Assembly (NCBI GenBank): GCA_964016885.1
Contig: OZ024742.1
Coordinates: 240,064,001-240,128,000 of the forward strand
DNA: 64,000 bases
Source: Eledone cirrhosa
Lineage: Eukaryota
Reading direction: 5' to 3'
The translations under genes were made by a program, and so were the position numbers. Under the pieces are notes generated by a model, which saw only the letters and a list, made by a program, of their open reading frames with translations, did not search any database and was not told the origin of the DNA. The first letter of the stretch is position 1. The number at the start of each line of letters is the position of its first letter. This document shows, piece by piece, positions 1 to 19,701 of the stretch.

Positions 1-1569
1 TCATCATCATCATCAACGTTTAACGTCCGTGTTCCACGCTTGCATGGGTTTGGACGGGGGTAGTCCCACTTGAGGCAAGAGTGATTGTCTTGCTCGCATA
101 GGATTGTCTGGCAGGTTTTCTACAGTTGGATGCCCTTCCTAACACCAACCACATTTACAGTGTGGGTCTGGGAGGTTTTTACCGTGTTGCCTACACGGCC
201 ACATTACAGCGTGGACTGTGTGTTTTTTTGTCGTGACACCTACACGATCTCATTTGTTTCGGCCCGGATGGCGCGGCACCAACATAACTTTACATAGGAC
301 GGGGTGGTGTGGATGGGGTGGGGGTGGTGGGGCGGGGTGTATTTTGTTAGAGATGCCTACTGGCAAGGCGGGTCTTCTCTGTTACTGAGTACCGCCAAAG
401 GTCACGGTCCAGTGACATTGTCTTGGAGAGGTGTAAGTGTGTGAGGTCGGAGTTTATCAGCTCGTCCCAGGTTTTTCTAGGTCTGCCTATTCCGTGGCTA
501 CCGTCTATCTTTATTGCCCTGCACTTTGTTATACAGCTATCGACTTTCATGCGCATCACGTGTCCATACCAACGTAGCCTTCTCTCGAGTAAACAACATC
601 TGATCCCTCTTATCTCTAATTTTTTCCTTAGTTCGTTTATGGTTTGCCGTTCACGTATATTACTGTTACACATCCAGCGGAGCATGCAAGCTTCGTTCCT
701 CTCTAGTCTGCGTATATCCTCTGCACACAATGCCCAGGTCTCACTGCCATGCAACATTGCTGTTCGTATGCAGGCATCGTACAACCTGCCTTTCATTTTT
801 AGGGAGAACCCTTTAGCAGCTAATAGTGGTATAAGCTCTCTGAACTTTTTCCAACCAGTTCTGACTCTAGCTACAGTACTTTCAGAGCACCCTCCCCCAC
901 TGCTGATTTTATCGCCCAGGTAACGGAAGCTGTCCACTATTTCTATAGAACCCTCTGCGCAATTGAAAGAGCTAGTATTGTGTGGGCACTTGCTGCTACT
1001 TATTGCACCAGAACACCGGCCACATGTAAAATCTATGTTCTTAGTTAGCTTACCTGTGATCCCACTACATCTTTTATGCACCCATACTTTGCATTTAGGA
1101 CACAAAATGGAGTTTCTACCTACGCCTTTCCTACACACCGAGCACGACCATTTCCCAGAAGGGACCGCCGCCTTGTTTTCTTTCCTACAAACTAGAACTT
1201 TGGTCTTAGCCAGGTTAATTTTAAGTCCTTTTGACTCTAGGCCGTGCTTCCATGTTTGGAATTTCTTCTCTAGCTCGGCCATTGATTCCGCTATGAGTGT
1301 CAGGTCGTCTGCGTATAGGAGTTCCCATGGGCAGCCTGTCTTGAACTCCTCTGTTATAGCCTGAAGGGCAATAATAAATAGTAGGGGGCTGAGAACAGAG
1401 CCCTGATGGACGCCAACTTTTACGCTAAACTCTTCACTATATTCGTTGTTAATTCTAACCTTGCTGACTGTTTCTTTATACATGGCTTGTATAGCCCTCA
1501 CAAGCCATTCGTCAACGCCTAGTTTTCTAAGAGCCCACCAGATAATGGAGCGGGAGACTCTGTCGAAGG
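1..1569 (-). mobile_element. RTE-clade LINE, family A, 5'-truncated (RT C-half, PHD finger, 3'UTR, (GAT)n tail)
   Basis: Frame open from [14 protein letters not shown] through [22 protein letters not shown] and [11 protein letters not shown] to 347. (CAT)n tail at 1-15. The 5' end abuts a TA array. A ~28-bp deletion removes the usual KTRLT* stop. Confidence 0.95.
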
Positions 1570-1696
1570 TATGTATGTATATACATATATATATGTATGT
1601 ATATATATATATGTATATGTATATATGTATATATATATATGTATGCATATATATACATACATATATACATATATATATATACATACATATATACAT
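1570..1696. repeat. (TA)n microsatellite with mixed TG and CA interruptions
   Basis: Direct reading. Confidence 0.95.
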
Positions 1697-1864
1697 ATGA
1701 AATGCAGTTTGGGTTTGTGTCAGGCAAAAGTACCACAGACGCTCTTTTCATTGTACGACTACAGGAGAAGTACCTAGCTAAAAGTAAACCCCTATACTTA
1801 GCCTTTGTCGACTTGGAGAAAGCCTTCGACAGAGTGCCCCGTTCCATTATCTGGTGGGCTCTTA
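1697..1864 (+). mobile_element. Isolated internal RT fragment of RTE family A
   Basis: Encodes [37 protein letters not shown], matching ~4381-4551. Both ends lie in TA repeat. Confidence 0.92.
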
Positions 1865-2740
<876 letters not shown>

Positions 2741-5700
2741 AGGGTCGCGCTAACGAGGTTGTAGAAATGCTTGAACGTAAGGAGGTCGATGTTTGTTGTA
2801 TTCAAGAGACCAGGTGGAGGGGTGGGTCTGCTAGATTCATTGAGGGTAAAAAACGATGTTATAAGCTTTTCTGGGTGGGAAACGACGATGGGCTGGGTGG
2901 AGTAGGAATCATGGTAGCAGAGAAGTGGGCAGATAAGATAATAGACGTAAATAGAGTGAACGACAGAATAATTAAAATACGACTTGTCCTCAATAGAACT
3001 ACGGTGACAGTAATATCTGCGTACGCACCCCAATCCGGACTGCCCGGCACTATAAAAGACAGATTCTATGAGACACTGATGCTAACTACCTCCCAAATAT
3101 CCGACAGTGACTATATAATTATTGCAAGCGACCTAAATGGTCACGTTGGACAACATTGTGACGGCTACGACGAAATCCATGGAGGCTATGGGTTTGGTAC
3201 TAGAAATGAGGAAGGCTCCAGAATCCTGGAATTCTGTGATGCAAATAACCTAACTATCTGTAACACTAACTTCAAAAAACGTGACAATCACCCGATCACC
3301 TATAGATCCGGGGAACACACAAGCCAGGTAGATTATATCCTTTCCAAAAGACGTGACAGAGTGTCTGTTGTAAACACTAAATCCCTCCCCCATGAAGAAT
3401 GCACCTCCCAACATAGACTGATAATTAGCGACCTCATAGTCAGGACGAGACGTACTCGACAGCAGAAGAGGACTATCCTCAGGAGAAAAATATGGAAGCT
3501 AAAGGACCCCACAGCCAGAAATAAATTTCAAAGCATATTACTTGATGCTTTCGACAGTAAGGAAGAACATTTACAGTCGGACAATATAGAGGGACAGTGG
3601 GAATTTCTGAAAGCAAACCTGCTGATGGCGACAGACGAAGTCTGTGGCTGGAGCAGGCCTGTAGGCAGGAGGAGAGTAACATGGTGGTGGAATAGTAAAG
3701 TGGAGGGGTCAATTAAGGCCAAAAAGCAGGCTTGGAAAGTATGGCGGGATGGGGGAAGTAGAGAAGACTATCAAGTGGCCAGGAGGGAAGCTAGGAGACA
3801 AGTGTACTTATCAAGAAGGGAAGCAGAGGAAAGAAAGTTCAAGCATGTTCTACAACGCGAGGACATAAAACGTGAGGTGTCAAGGAAAACAGTGATATTG
3901 TCGGGGAGAAGTGTGTACTTAACGATGACGGCGTACTTGCCATCACCGACGCCGATAAGAAGGTAGCTTGGAAGTGTCACTATGAAAGGCTACTCAATGA
4001 GGAGAATAAATGGGAGAAAGACAGTCTCCCCCATATCGACCCAATAGAGGGACCAGCAGTGTTAGTCGAGGGGAGTATAATAAGTAAGGCAATCAAGGAT
4101 ATGAAGACGGGTAAGGCGGCTGGGCCTTCGGAAATAGTTGCTGAGATGCTGAAGGCATCTGGCACGGTGGGACACACCATGGTCACCCGCATAGTTAACC
4201 AAGTCGTACAGAATGGGGTTGTTCCGAAGGACTGGCATAGCAGCATCATCGTTAACTGTTATAAGGGTAAAGGAGACGCCCTAGATAGGAGTAACTATAG
4301 AGGCATTAAATTAATCGACCAGGTCATGAAGGTCACGGAAAAAGTAATAGCGCAACTAATCAGAGAGAGAATTGACCTAGATGAAATGCAGTTCGGGTTT
4401 GTGTCAGGCAAAAGTACCACAGACGCTCTTTTCATTGTACGACAACTACAGGAGAAGTACCTAGCTAAAGGTAAACCCCTCTACTTAGCTTTTGTCGACT
4501 TGGAGAAAGCCTTCGACAGAGTCCCCCGCTCCATTATCTGGTGGGCTCTTAGAAAACTAGGCGTTGACGAATGGCTTGTGAGGGCTATACAAGCCATGTA
4601 TAAAGAAACAGTGAATTAACAACGAATATAGTGAAGAGTTTAGCGTAAAAGTTGGCGTCCATCAGGGCTCTGTTTTCAGCCCCCTACTATTTATTATTGC
4701 CCTTCAGGCTATAACAGAGGAGTTCAAGACCGGCTGCCCATGGGAACTCCTATACGCAGACGACCTGACACTCATAGCGGAATCAATGGCCGAGCTAGAG
4801 AAGAAATTCCAAACATGGAAGCACGGCCTAGAGTCAAAAGGACTTAAAATTAACCTGGCTAAGACTAAAGTTCTAGTTTGTAGGAAAGAAAACAAGGCGG
4901 CGGTCCATTCTAGGAAATGGTCGTGCTCGGTGTGTAGGAAAGGCGTAGGTAGAAACTCCATTTTATGTCCTAAATGCAAAGAATGGGTGCATAAAAGATG
5001 TAGTGGGATCACAGGTAAGCTAACTAAGAACATAGATTTTACATGTGGCCGGTTTTCTGGTGCAATAAGTAGCAGCAAGTGCCCACAAAATACTAGCTCC
5101 TTCAATTGCGCAGAGGGTTCTATAGAAATAGTGGACAGCTTCCGTTACCTGGGCGATAAAATCAGCAGTGGGGGAGGGTGCTCTGAAAGTACTGTAGCTA
5201 GAGTCAGAACTGGTTGGAAAAAGTTCAGAGAGCTTATACCACTATTAGCTGCTAAAGGGTTCTCCCTAAAAATGAAAGGCAGGTTGTACGATGCCTGCAT
5301 ACGAACAGCAATGTTGCATGGCAGTGAGACCTGGGCATTGTGTACAGAGGATATACGCAGACTAGAGAGGAACAAAGCTTGCACGCTCCGCTGGATGTGT
5401 AACAGTAATATACGTGAACGGCAAACCATAAACGAACTAAGGAAAAAATTAGAGATAAGAGGGATCAGATGTTGTTTACTCGAGAGAAGGCTACGTTGGT
5501 ATGGACACGTGATGCGCATGAAAGTCGATAGCTGTATAACAAAGTGCAGGGCAATAAAGATAGACGGTAGCTACGGAATAGGCAGACCTAGAAAAACCTG
5601 GGACGAGCTGATAAACTCCGACCTCACACACCTACACCTCTCCTAGACAATGTCACTGGACCGAGACCTTTGGCGGTACTCAGTAACAGAGAAGACCCGC

Positions 5701-6042
5701 CTTACCTAAATACATAGTAAAACCTACTCCAGCCAGTAGGCATCTCTAACAAAATACACCCCGTCCCACCACCACCACCCCCACCCCATCCACACCACCC
5801 CGTTCTATGTAAAGTTATGTTGGTGCCGCGCCATCCAGGCCGAAACAAATGAGATCGTGTAGGTGTCACGACAAAAAAACACACAGTCCACGCTGTAATG
5901 TGGCCGTGTAGGCAACACGGTAAAAAGCTGCCAGACAGTCCTATGCGAGCAAGACAATCACTCTTGCCTCAAGTGGGACTACCCCCGTCCAAACCCATGC
6001 AAGCGTGGAACACGGACGTTAAACGTTGATGATGATGATGAT
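2741..6042 (+). mobile_element. Near full-length, defective RTE family A (APE endonuclease, RT, PHD finger, 3'UTR, (GAT)n)
   Basis: APE motifs [26 protein letters not shown] (ORF 2767-3966). RT motifs NYRGIKL, QFGF, DLEKAFD. Deletions/frameshifts near 3880 and 4613, premature TAG at 5644, a ~70-bp 3'UTR deletion. Starts a few codons into the EN domain. Confidence 0.96.
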
Positions 6043-6167
6043 ACATATACATATATATATATATACATATATATACATATACATACATATATATATATAT
6101 ACATATATATACATATACATACATATATATACATATATATATATATATACATATATTATATATACAT

Positions 6168-7769
6168 ACAGTCAGCAAGGTTAGAATTAATAACGAATAT
6201 AGTGAAGAGTTTAGTGTAAAAGTTGGTGTACATCGGGGCTCTGTTCTTAGCCCCCTACTATTTATTATTGCCCTTCAGGCTATAACAGAGGAGTTCAAGA
6301 CTGGCTGCCCATGGGATCGCCTATACGCAGATGATCTAACGCTCATAGCTGAATCAATGGCCGAACTAGAGAAGAAATTCCAAACATGAAAGCATGGCCT
6401 AGAATCAAGAGGGCTTAAAATTAACCTGGCTAAGACTAAAGTTCTAGTTTGTAGGAAAGAAAATAAGGCGACGGTCCCTTCCGGGAAATGGCCATGCTCA
6501 GTGTGTAGGAAAGGTGTAGGTAGAAACTCCATTTTATGTCCCAAATGCAAAGTATGGGTGCATAAAAGATGTAGTGGGATCACAGGTAAGCTAACTAAGA
6601 ACATAGATTTTACATGTGGCCGGTGTTCTGGTGCAATAAGTAGCAGCAAGTGCCCACAAAATACTAGCTCTTTCAATTGCGCAGAGGGTTCTATAGAAAT
6701 AGTGGACAGCTTCCGTTACCTGGGTGACAAAATCAGCAGTGGGGGAGGGTGCTCTGAAAGTACAGTAGCAAGAGTCAGAACTGGATGGAAAAAGTTCAGA
6801 GAGCTTATACCACTATTAGCTGCTAAAGGGTTCTCCCTAAAAATGAAAGGCAGGTTGTATGATGCCTGCATACGAACAGCAATGTTGCATGGCAGTGAGA
6901 CCTGGGCATTGTGTGCAGCGGATATACGCAGACTAGAGAGGAACGAAGCTTGCATGCTCCGCTGGATGTGTAATAGTAACATACGTGAACCGCAAAGCAT
7001 AAGCAAACTAAGGAAAAAAATTAGAAATAAGAGGGATCAGATGTTGTTTACTCGAGAGAAGGCTACGTTGGTATGGTCACGTGATGCGCATGAAAGACTA
7101 CAGCTGTATAACAAAGTGCAGGGCAATAAAGAGAGACGGTAGCTACGGAGTAGGCAGACCCATAAAAACCTGGGACGAGCTGATAAATTCCGACCTCACA
7201 CACTTACACCTCTCCAAGACAATGTCACTTTGGCGGTACTCAGTAATAGAGAAGACACGCCTTACCTAAATACAAAGTAAAACCTACTACAGTCAGTAGG
7301 CATCTCTACCAAAATACACCCCCGTCCCACCACCCCCACCCCATCCACACCGCCCCTTTCAATGTAAAGTTATGTTGGTGCCACAAAATCCAGGCCGAAA
7401 CAAATGAGATCGTGTAGGTGTCACGACAAAAAAACACACAGTCCACGCTGTAATGTGACCGTGCAGGCAACACGGTAAAAACCTCCCAGTCCCACACTGT
7501 AAATGTGGTTGGTGCTAGGAAGGGCATCCAGCTGTAGAAAACCCGCCAGACAGTCCACGCTGTAATGTGGCCGTGTAGGCAACACGGTAAAAACCTCCCA
7601 GCCCCACACTGTAAATGTGGTTGGTGTTAGGAAGGGCATCCAACTGTAGAAAACCCGCCAGACAGTCCTATGTGAGCAAGACAACCACTCTTGCCTCAAG
7701 TGGGAAAACTCCCGTCCAAACCCATGCAAGCGTGGAACATGGACGTTAAACGATGATGATGATGATGAT
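6168..7769 (+). mobile_element. RTE family A, 5'-truncated, defective; 112-bp tandem duplication in the 3'UTR
   Basis: RT C-half and PHD finger, TGA near 6387, frameshift in the A-run near 7015, (GAT)n tail. Separated from the previous copy by a ~125-bp TA array. Confidence 0.95.
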
Positions 7770-8363
7770 ATATATATACATATATATATACACATATATA
7801 TACATATATATATACACATATATATACACATATATATACATATATATACACATATATATACATATATATACACATATATGTATATATATACATATATACG
7901 TACATATATATACACATATGTATATATACACATATATATACATATATATACACATATATGTATATACATACATATATATACATATATACATACATATGTA
8001 TATATATACATATATATACATATATACATACATATATATACACATATATGTATATATATACATATATACATACATATATATATACACATATATGTATATA
8101 TATACATATATACATACATATATATATACACATATATGTATATATATACATATATATACATACACATATATATACATATATACATACATATATATACACA
8201 TATATGTATATATATACATATATATACATATATACATACATGTATATATATACATATATATACATATATACATACATATATATACACATATATGTATATA
8301 TATACATATATATACATATATATATACATATATATGTACATATATACATATATATACATATAT

Positions 8364-8406
<43 letters not shown>

Positions 8407-8539
8407 TACATATATATATATATATACATATATACATATATATATACATATATACATATATACATATATATATACATATATACATATATACATATTTACA
8501 TATATATATATATATATACATATATATATACATATATAC

Positions 8540-8572
<33 letters not shown>

Positions 8573-8579
8573 CATATAT

Positions 8580-8610
<31 letters not shown>

Positions 8611-8629
8611 TACATATATATACATATAT

Positions 8630-8664
<35 letters not shown>

Positions 8665-8773
8665 CATATATATACATATATACATATATACATATATATA
8701 TATATATACATATATACATATATATACATATATATACATATATATACATATATACATATATATACATATATAC

Positions 8774-8824
<51 letters not shown>
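7770..8824. repeat. Interrupted (TA)n/(TACA) array
   Basis: Direct reading. Confidence 0.97.
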
Positions 8825-8825
<1 letters not shown>

Positions 8826-9219
8826 TCATTAGTTAAGCAAAACAAGACCACAAACTTCACAAGGAAGACATTATTAAAAGATTGTCAACATATTTTAGTT
8901 TGATGTAAGGAATGTAGAGAATAATAATAATAATATTAATAATAATAATATCCGTTTACAATTGTTTCGCTACTCCATATAATATTTCTGGCTCAGATGA
9001 CTATATATCATAATTGCTCTGGTTCAGTTGAAAATAATTAACATATTTAAAAAAACAGAGTGGCTCATCGGAACTCAAAGGAATATAAATTAAAATAACG
9101 TTAAATAATATAATGTTCCATATATTGGTTTTTACTACGGTGTCTTGGTTGCATCAGCTGTCAGCCATAATCAAGCAGTATTCACCTGTCGAGGCTGCAT
9201 TGTATGAGATCTCACAATA

Positions 9220-10097
9220 TCACGTGATTGATTCTTTTGAATTTGCCACCGACCAAGTAGGCAGTGATTTTTTCAATGTCTTGGAATTCAGATCTCGCTT
9301 GCTTTTTTCCATCCACTGAATTATTTTGTATAAGTTCCCTGTGTCCACGCATCGCCTGGTAACTTAGCTGAGAATTAACTTCCTGATGACAAAAGGTATT
9401 CTCCATGTTCCATTCGGAAACCATGTTTATTCCCTTTCAGAAACTGATTAGTTGAAGTGAAATTTTAGTAAGTAAGGTAATTTTTATAATTTTCTTATTT
9501 TACGTCTTTCATATAATTGTTCTGCATCCCCTTGCATTGAACCACAAAGTTACTAAGACAAAACCTATATATTTGCTAGCATAGGTATGCATCTGTATAT
9601 ATATGTTGGTAGATATACTAATTCTTTATAATTATCTCCAAATTATTTTGTTGAGCAAAAATTTGCCAAAACTACTACTATAGTTCATAGTAATAGTCCG
9701 GCTACTGTCTTCTTAACACCCCACTCCTCACTGATTAACCTCGATGTCATGTGATTGATTCTTTTGAATTTGCCACCGACCAAGTAGGCAGTGATTTTTT
9801 CAATGTCTTGGAATTTAGTCGTCGCTTGCTTTTTTCCATCCACTGAATTATTTTTGTATAAGTTCCCTGTGTCCATGCGTCGCCTGGAAACTTAGCTGAG
9901 AATTGACTTCCTGATGACGAAAGGTATTCTCCATGTTCCATTCGGAAACCATGTTTATCCACTTTCAGAAACTAATTAGTTGGAGTGAAATTTTAGTAAG
10001 TAAGTTAATTTTTATAATTTTCTTCTTTTACGTCTTTCATATAATTGTTCTGCATCCCCTTGCATTGAACCACAAAGTTACTAATACAATACCTATA
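9220..10097. repeat. Direct duplication of a ~350-bp unique-looking sequence (9220-9572 and 9747-10097)
   Basis: Both copies run from tca(c/t)gtgattgattcttttgaatttgccaccgacc to cacaaagttactaa..acctatat, with scattered substitutions. Confidence 0.9.
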
Positions 10098-12243
<2,146 letters not shown>

Positions 12244-12246
12244 AGT

Positions 12247-12776
12247 TCATCACCGTTTTACGTCTGTTCTTCCACACTAGCATGGGTTAGACGGGTTGTC
12301 CTGTTGTGGGCAGTGTCTGGTCGGCTGACCATGCCTTGCTCATACAGGAACTGATTTGGCTTGATTTCTACAGCTGGATGCCCTTCCTAACACCAACCTC
12401 ATTTACAGTGAGTGCTGGGTGCTTTTTCGTGGCGCCTACACGTCCACTTTACAGCTTGTACCCATGGGAGGTCGGGTACTCTGAATTACTGTGTGACGCC
12501 AGAGGTCGTGTGTCATTGCCTTTGAGAGGTGTAATTGGGTAAGGTCGGCTTTTATCACCTCATCCCAGGTCATCTTGGGTCTCCCCACTCCGCGGTTTCC
12601 ATCGACTTCTAGTGCTCTGCACCTTTTTATGCAGCTGTCATCATTCATACGCATCACATGTCCATATCAACGCAACCGCCTCTCCTGCACACAGCATTTG
12701 ATTCCTCTTATGCTCAGTCTCTCTCTCAATTCATTTATGCTTTGTCGGTCGCGTATATTACTATTACACATCCATC
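12247..12776 (-). mobile_element. RTE family B, short 3' fragment with an internal 3'UTR deletion
   Basis: Encodes [33 protein letters not shown]. The 3' end matches the copies at 16533 and 57414. Confidence 0.92.
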
Positions 12777-12893
12777 CATATATACATATACATACATATT
12801 ACATATACATATATATACATATATACATATACATATATACATATACATATATACATATACATATATATATATACATATACATATATACATACC

Positions 12894-13232
12894 TAGAAAT
12901 ATTAAAACAATGAAATTAAACATAAAACGGTTAATTCATAGTAAAACTCATTATTTTACGATCGTTTCTGGGGGGTAGTTCCAGGTATGTCCATTCAATT
13001 ATTGATCTATGTAAAATATATTACAAAATATCATAGTAAGAAGAAATACATAAGAGCGCAGGTAGTTAAGACGTATGTATTTTTTCTTATTATGATATTT
13101 TGTAATAGATTTTACATAGATCAATAATTGAATGGACATATGGAGAACTGCTCCCCAGAAAGGATCGTAAAACAATGAGTTTTACTATGAATTAACCATT
13201 TTTTGTTTAATTTCAATGTTTTAATATTTCTA
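12894..13232. mobile_element. MITE/foldback-like element: ~159-bp inverted arms with a 21-bp loop, inside TA arrays
   Basis: Left arm tagaaatattaaaac..aaatacata (12894-13052) is the imperfect reverse complement of the right arm tatgtatt..gttttaatatttcta (13074-13232). Confidence 0.8.
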
Positions 13233-16532
<3,300 letters not shown>

Positions 16533-19155
16533 ATCATCATCATCATCATCATCACCGTTTTACGTCCGTTCTTCCACGCTAGCATGGGTTAGACGGGTTG
16601 TCCTGTTGTGGGCAGTATCTGGTCGGCTGACCATGCCTTGCTCATACAGGAACTGATCTGGCTTGATTTCTACAGCTGGATGCCCTTCCTAACACCAACC
16701 TCATTTACAGTGAGTGCTGGGTGCTTTTTCGTGACGCCTACACGTCCACTTTACAGTGTGGGCTGGGTGCTTTTTTTGCCGTGGCACCTCCACGACCACC
16801 TTGCGGTGGGGGGAGTGGGGGCATATTGTTTATATGCTTCAGCATGTACCCATGGGAGGTCGGGTACCCTGTATTACTGCGTGACGCCAGAAGTCACGGT
16901 CGTGTGTCATTGTCTTTGAGAGGTGTAGTTGGGTAAGGTCGGCTTTTATCACCTCATCCCAAGTCATCTTGGGTCTCCCAACTCCGCGGTTTCCATCAAC
17001 TTCTAGTGCTCTGCACCTTTTTATGCAGCTGTCATCCTTCATACGCATCACATGTCCATACCAGCGTAACCGCCTCTCCTGCACGCAGCATTTGATTCCT
17101 CTTATGCTCAGTCTCTCTCTCAATTCCTTTATGCTTTGTCGTTCACGTATATTACTGTTACACATCCATCGGAGCATGCAGGCTTCGTTTCTCTCTAATC
17201 TACGTAAGTCTTCCACCTTCAGCGCCCAGGTCTCACTACCATGCAACATCGCTGTTCGGATACACGCATCATACAGTCTGCCTTTCATTCTGAGGGAGAA
17301 GCCTTTTGCAGCTAGCAGTGGTAGTAGTTCCCTAAACTTCTTCCATCCCGTTCTTACCCTAGTTATTGTACTTTCTGAGTACCCACCTCCGTTGCTAATT
17401 CGGTCACCTAGGTAGCAGAAGCTGTCTACTGTTTCTACAGGGCCCTCCCAGAGATTGGTGGTACTTGTTTCCTGTGGCTGTTTGCTTGCTGTTTCAGCAC
17501 AGCTGCTGCATGTGAATCCTACATTCTTAATTAAGCTTCCTGAGATCCCGCTACATCTCTTGTGTACCTATTGTTTGCATTTGGGGCAGAGAATGGAGTT
17601 CCTACCTACACCTTTCCTACATACTCAGCAAGGCCATTTCCCTGAGGGGATCTGGGTTCTGTTTTCTCGTCTACTTACAAGGACCTTAGTCTTTGTCATG
17701 TTGACTTTGAGGCCCTTTCTCTCTAGTCCCTGCTTCCAGGTTTGGAATTTATTCTCTAGTTCTACCATAGATTCAGCTATGAGTGTGAGGTCATCAGCAT
17801 ACAGGAGTTCCCATGGGCATCCGATCTTAAACTCCTCCGTTATTGCCTGCAGGACTATGATGAACAGGAGAGGGCTAAGAACAGAGCCCTGGTGGACCCC
17901 AACCTGTACGCTAAATTCCTCGCTATACTCATTGCTAATCCTAACTTTGCTGACTGCTCCCCTATACATGGCTTGTACCGCTTTCACAAGCCATTCATCT
18001 ACTCCTAGTTTTCTAAGAGCCCACCAGATTACTGCACGTGGAACTCTGTCAAAGGCTTTCTCAAGGTCGACAAATGCCAAGTAGAGTGGCTTACTTTTAG
18101 CTAGGTACTTTTCCTGTAATTGCCTCACAAGGAAGAGGGCATCAGTGGTGCCTCTCCCTGGTACAAATCCAAATTGCATCTCGTCTATATTCACCCGGTC
18201 CCTAATCAGCTGTGCTATAACTCTTTCTGTTACTTTCATGACCTGGTCCATCAACTTTATACCTCTATAGTTTCCTCTATCTAGTGCATCGCCTTTACCT
18301 TTGTAGCAGTTGACAATGATGCTACTGCACCAATCTTTTGGTATGGCCCCTTCTAGTATTACCTGGTTAACGATACGTGTGGTTATAGTGTGACCTACAG
18401 ACCCAGATGCCTTCAGCATCTCGGCAGCTATACCCGATGGACCGGTTGCCTTCCCCATCTTCATATCTCTGATTGCCTTACTTACTATGCTGCCGCTGAC
18501 TTGTACTGCTGGTCCCTCTATAGGGTCTACATGGGGTAGGGTCTCTTCTTCCCATGCATTCTGCTCATTTAGTAATCTATCATAATGACTCTTCCATGCA
18601 TCTTTCTTCTCAGCACTTGTGAGGGCAAGCTCATTTTTATCATTCTGGATACACTTCTCTCCAATGACATCACAACTATCTCTGACACACTGCCTCGCAA
18701 TCTTGAATACATCCTGTTTCTGGTCCTCACGTTGTAAAACATGCTTGAATTTTCTATCCTCTGCTTCCCTCCTAGGTAAGTATACTTGTCGCCTAGCTTC
18801 CCTCTTGGTCTCTATGTAATGTACCCTGCTCCCCCCGTTCTTCCATTCTTTCCATGCCTGTCTCTTGGCCTTGACTGCTTCATCTACCTTATTGTTCCAC
18901 CACCAAGTCACTCTCCTCCTGCTTGAGGTCTTACTCCAGCCACAAACCTCATCCGTCGCCTCTAGTAAGTTATTTTTTAGGAACTCCCAGTTCTCTTCTA
19001 CGTTAAATGTCTCTATCTGTTCTTCTTTACTGTCGTAGGCGTTGAGTAAAATATCTTTAAATCTGTTACTGGTTGAGGGGACTTTCAGCTTCCAGATCTT
19101 TCTTCTCCAGGTTGGCCTCTGTTTCCGGGTTCGTCTAGTTCTGACCGTGAGGTCT
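16533..19155 (-). mobile_element. RTE family B, 5'-truncated at the end of the EN domain, two in-frame stops
   Basis: ORF track 17625-19155 ([23 protein letters not shown]) and 16839-17288. TGA at 17625-17627 and TAG at 17568-17570. (CAT)n tail at 16533. Confidence 0.96.
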
Positions 19156-19606
19156 ATATACATATATATATATACATATATATATACATATATATATACA
19201 TATACATATATATATATACATATATAACATATATATATACATATACATATATATATACATATATAACATATATATATACATATATATATATACATACATA
19301 TATAACATATATATATACATATATATATAACATATATATATACATATATATATATACATATATATATACATATATATATATACATACATAACATATATAT
19401 ATACATATATATATACATATATGTATGTATAAATGTATATATACATACATATATACATACATATATAAAAACATACATTTATATATACATATATATATAT
19501 ACATACATATATACATACATATATATATACATACATATATATATACATATATATATACATACATATATATATACATACATATATATATACATACATATAT
19601 ATACAC

Positions 19607-19643
<37 letters not shown>

Positions 19644-19701
19644 CACATATATATATATATACATATATATATATACATATATATATATACATATATATAC
19701 A
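19156..19701. repeat. Interrupted (TA)n/(TACA) array
   Basis: Direct reading. Confidence 0.95.

Noticed and set aside
423-1364. ORFs antisense to RTE RT regions (also 4704-5519, 16969-18084, 29457-30407, 57836-58951)
   Set aside because: Shadow frames of the LINE ORF; they recur only because the element is repeated.
2741-6042. An active, autonomous RTE copy
   Set aside because: Lacks the 5' end and has two frameshifting deletions and a premature stop. The intact-frame copy at 57414-59618 lacks the endonuclease.
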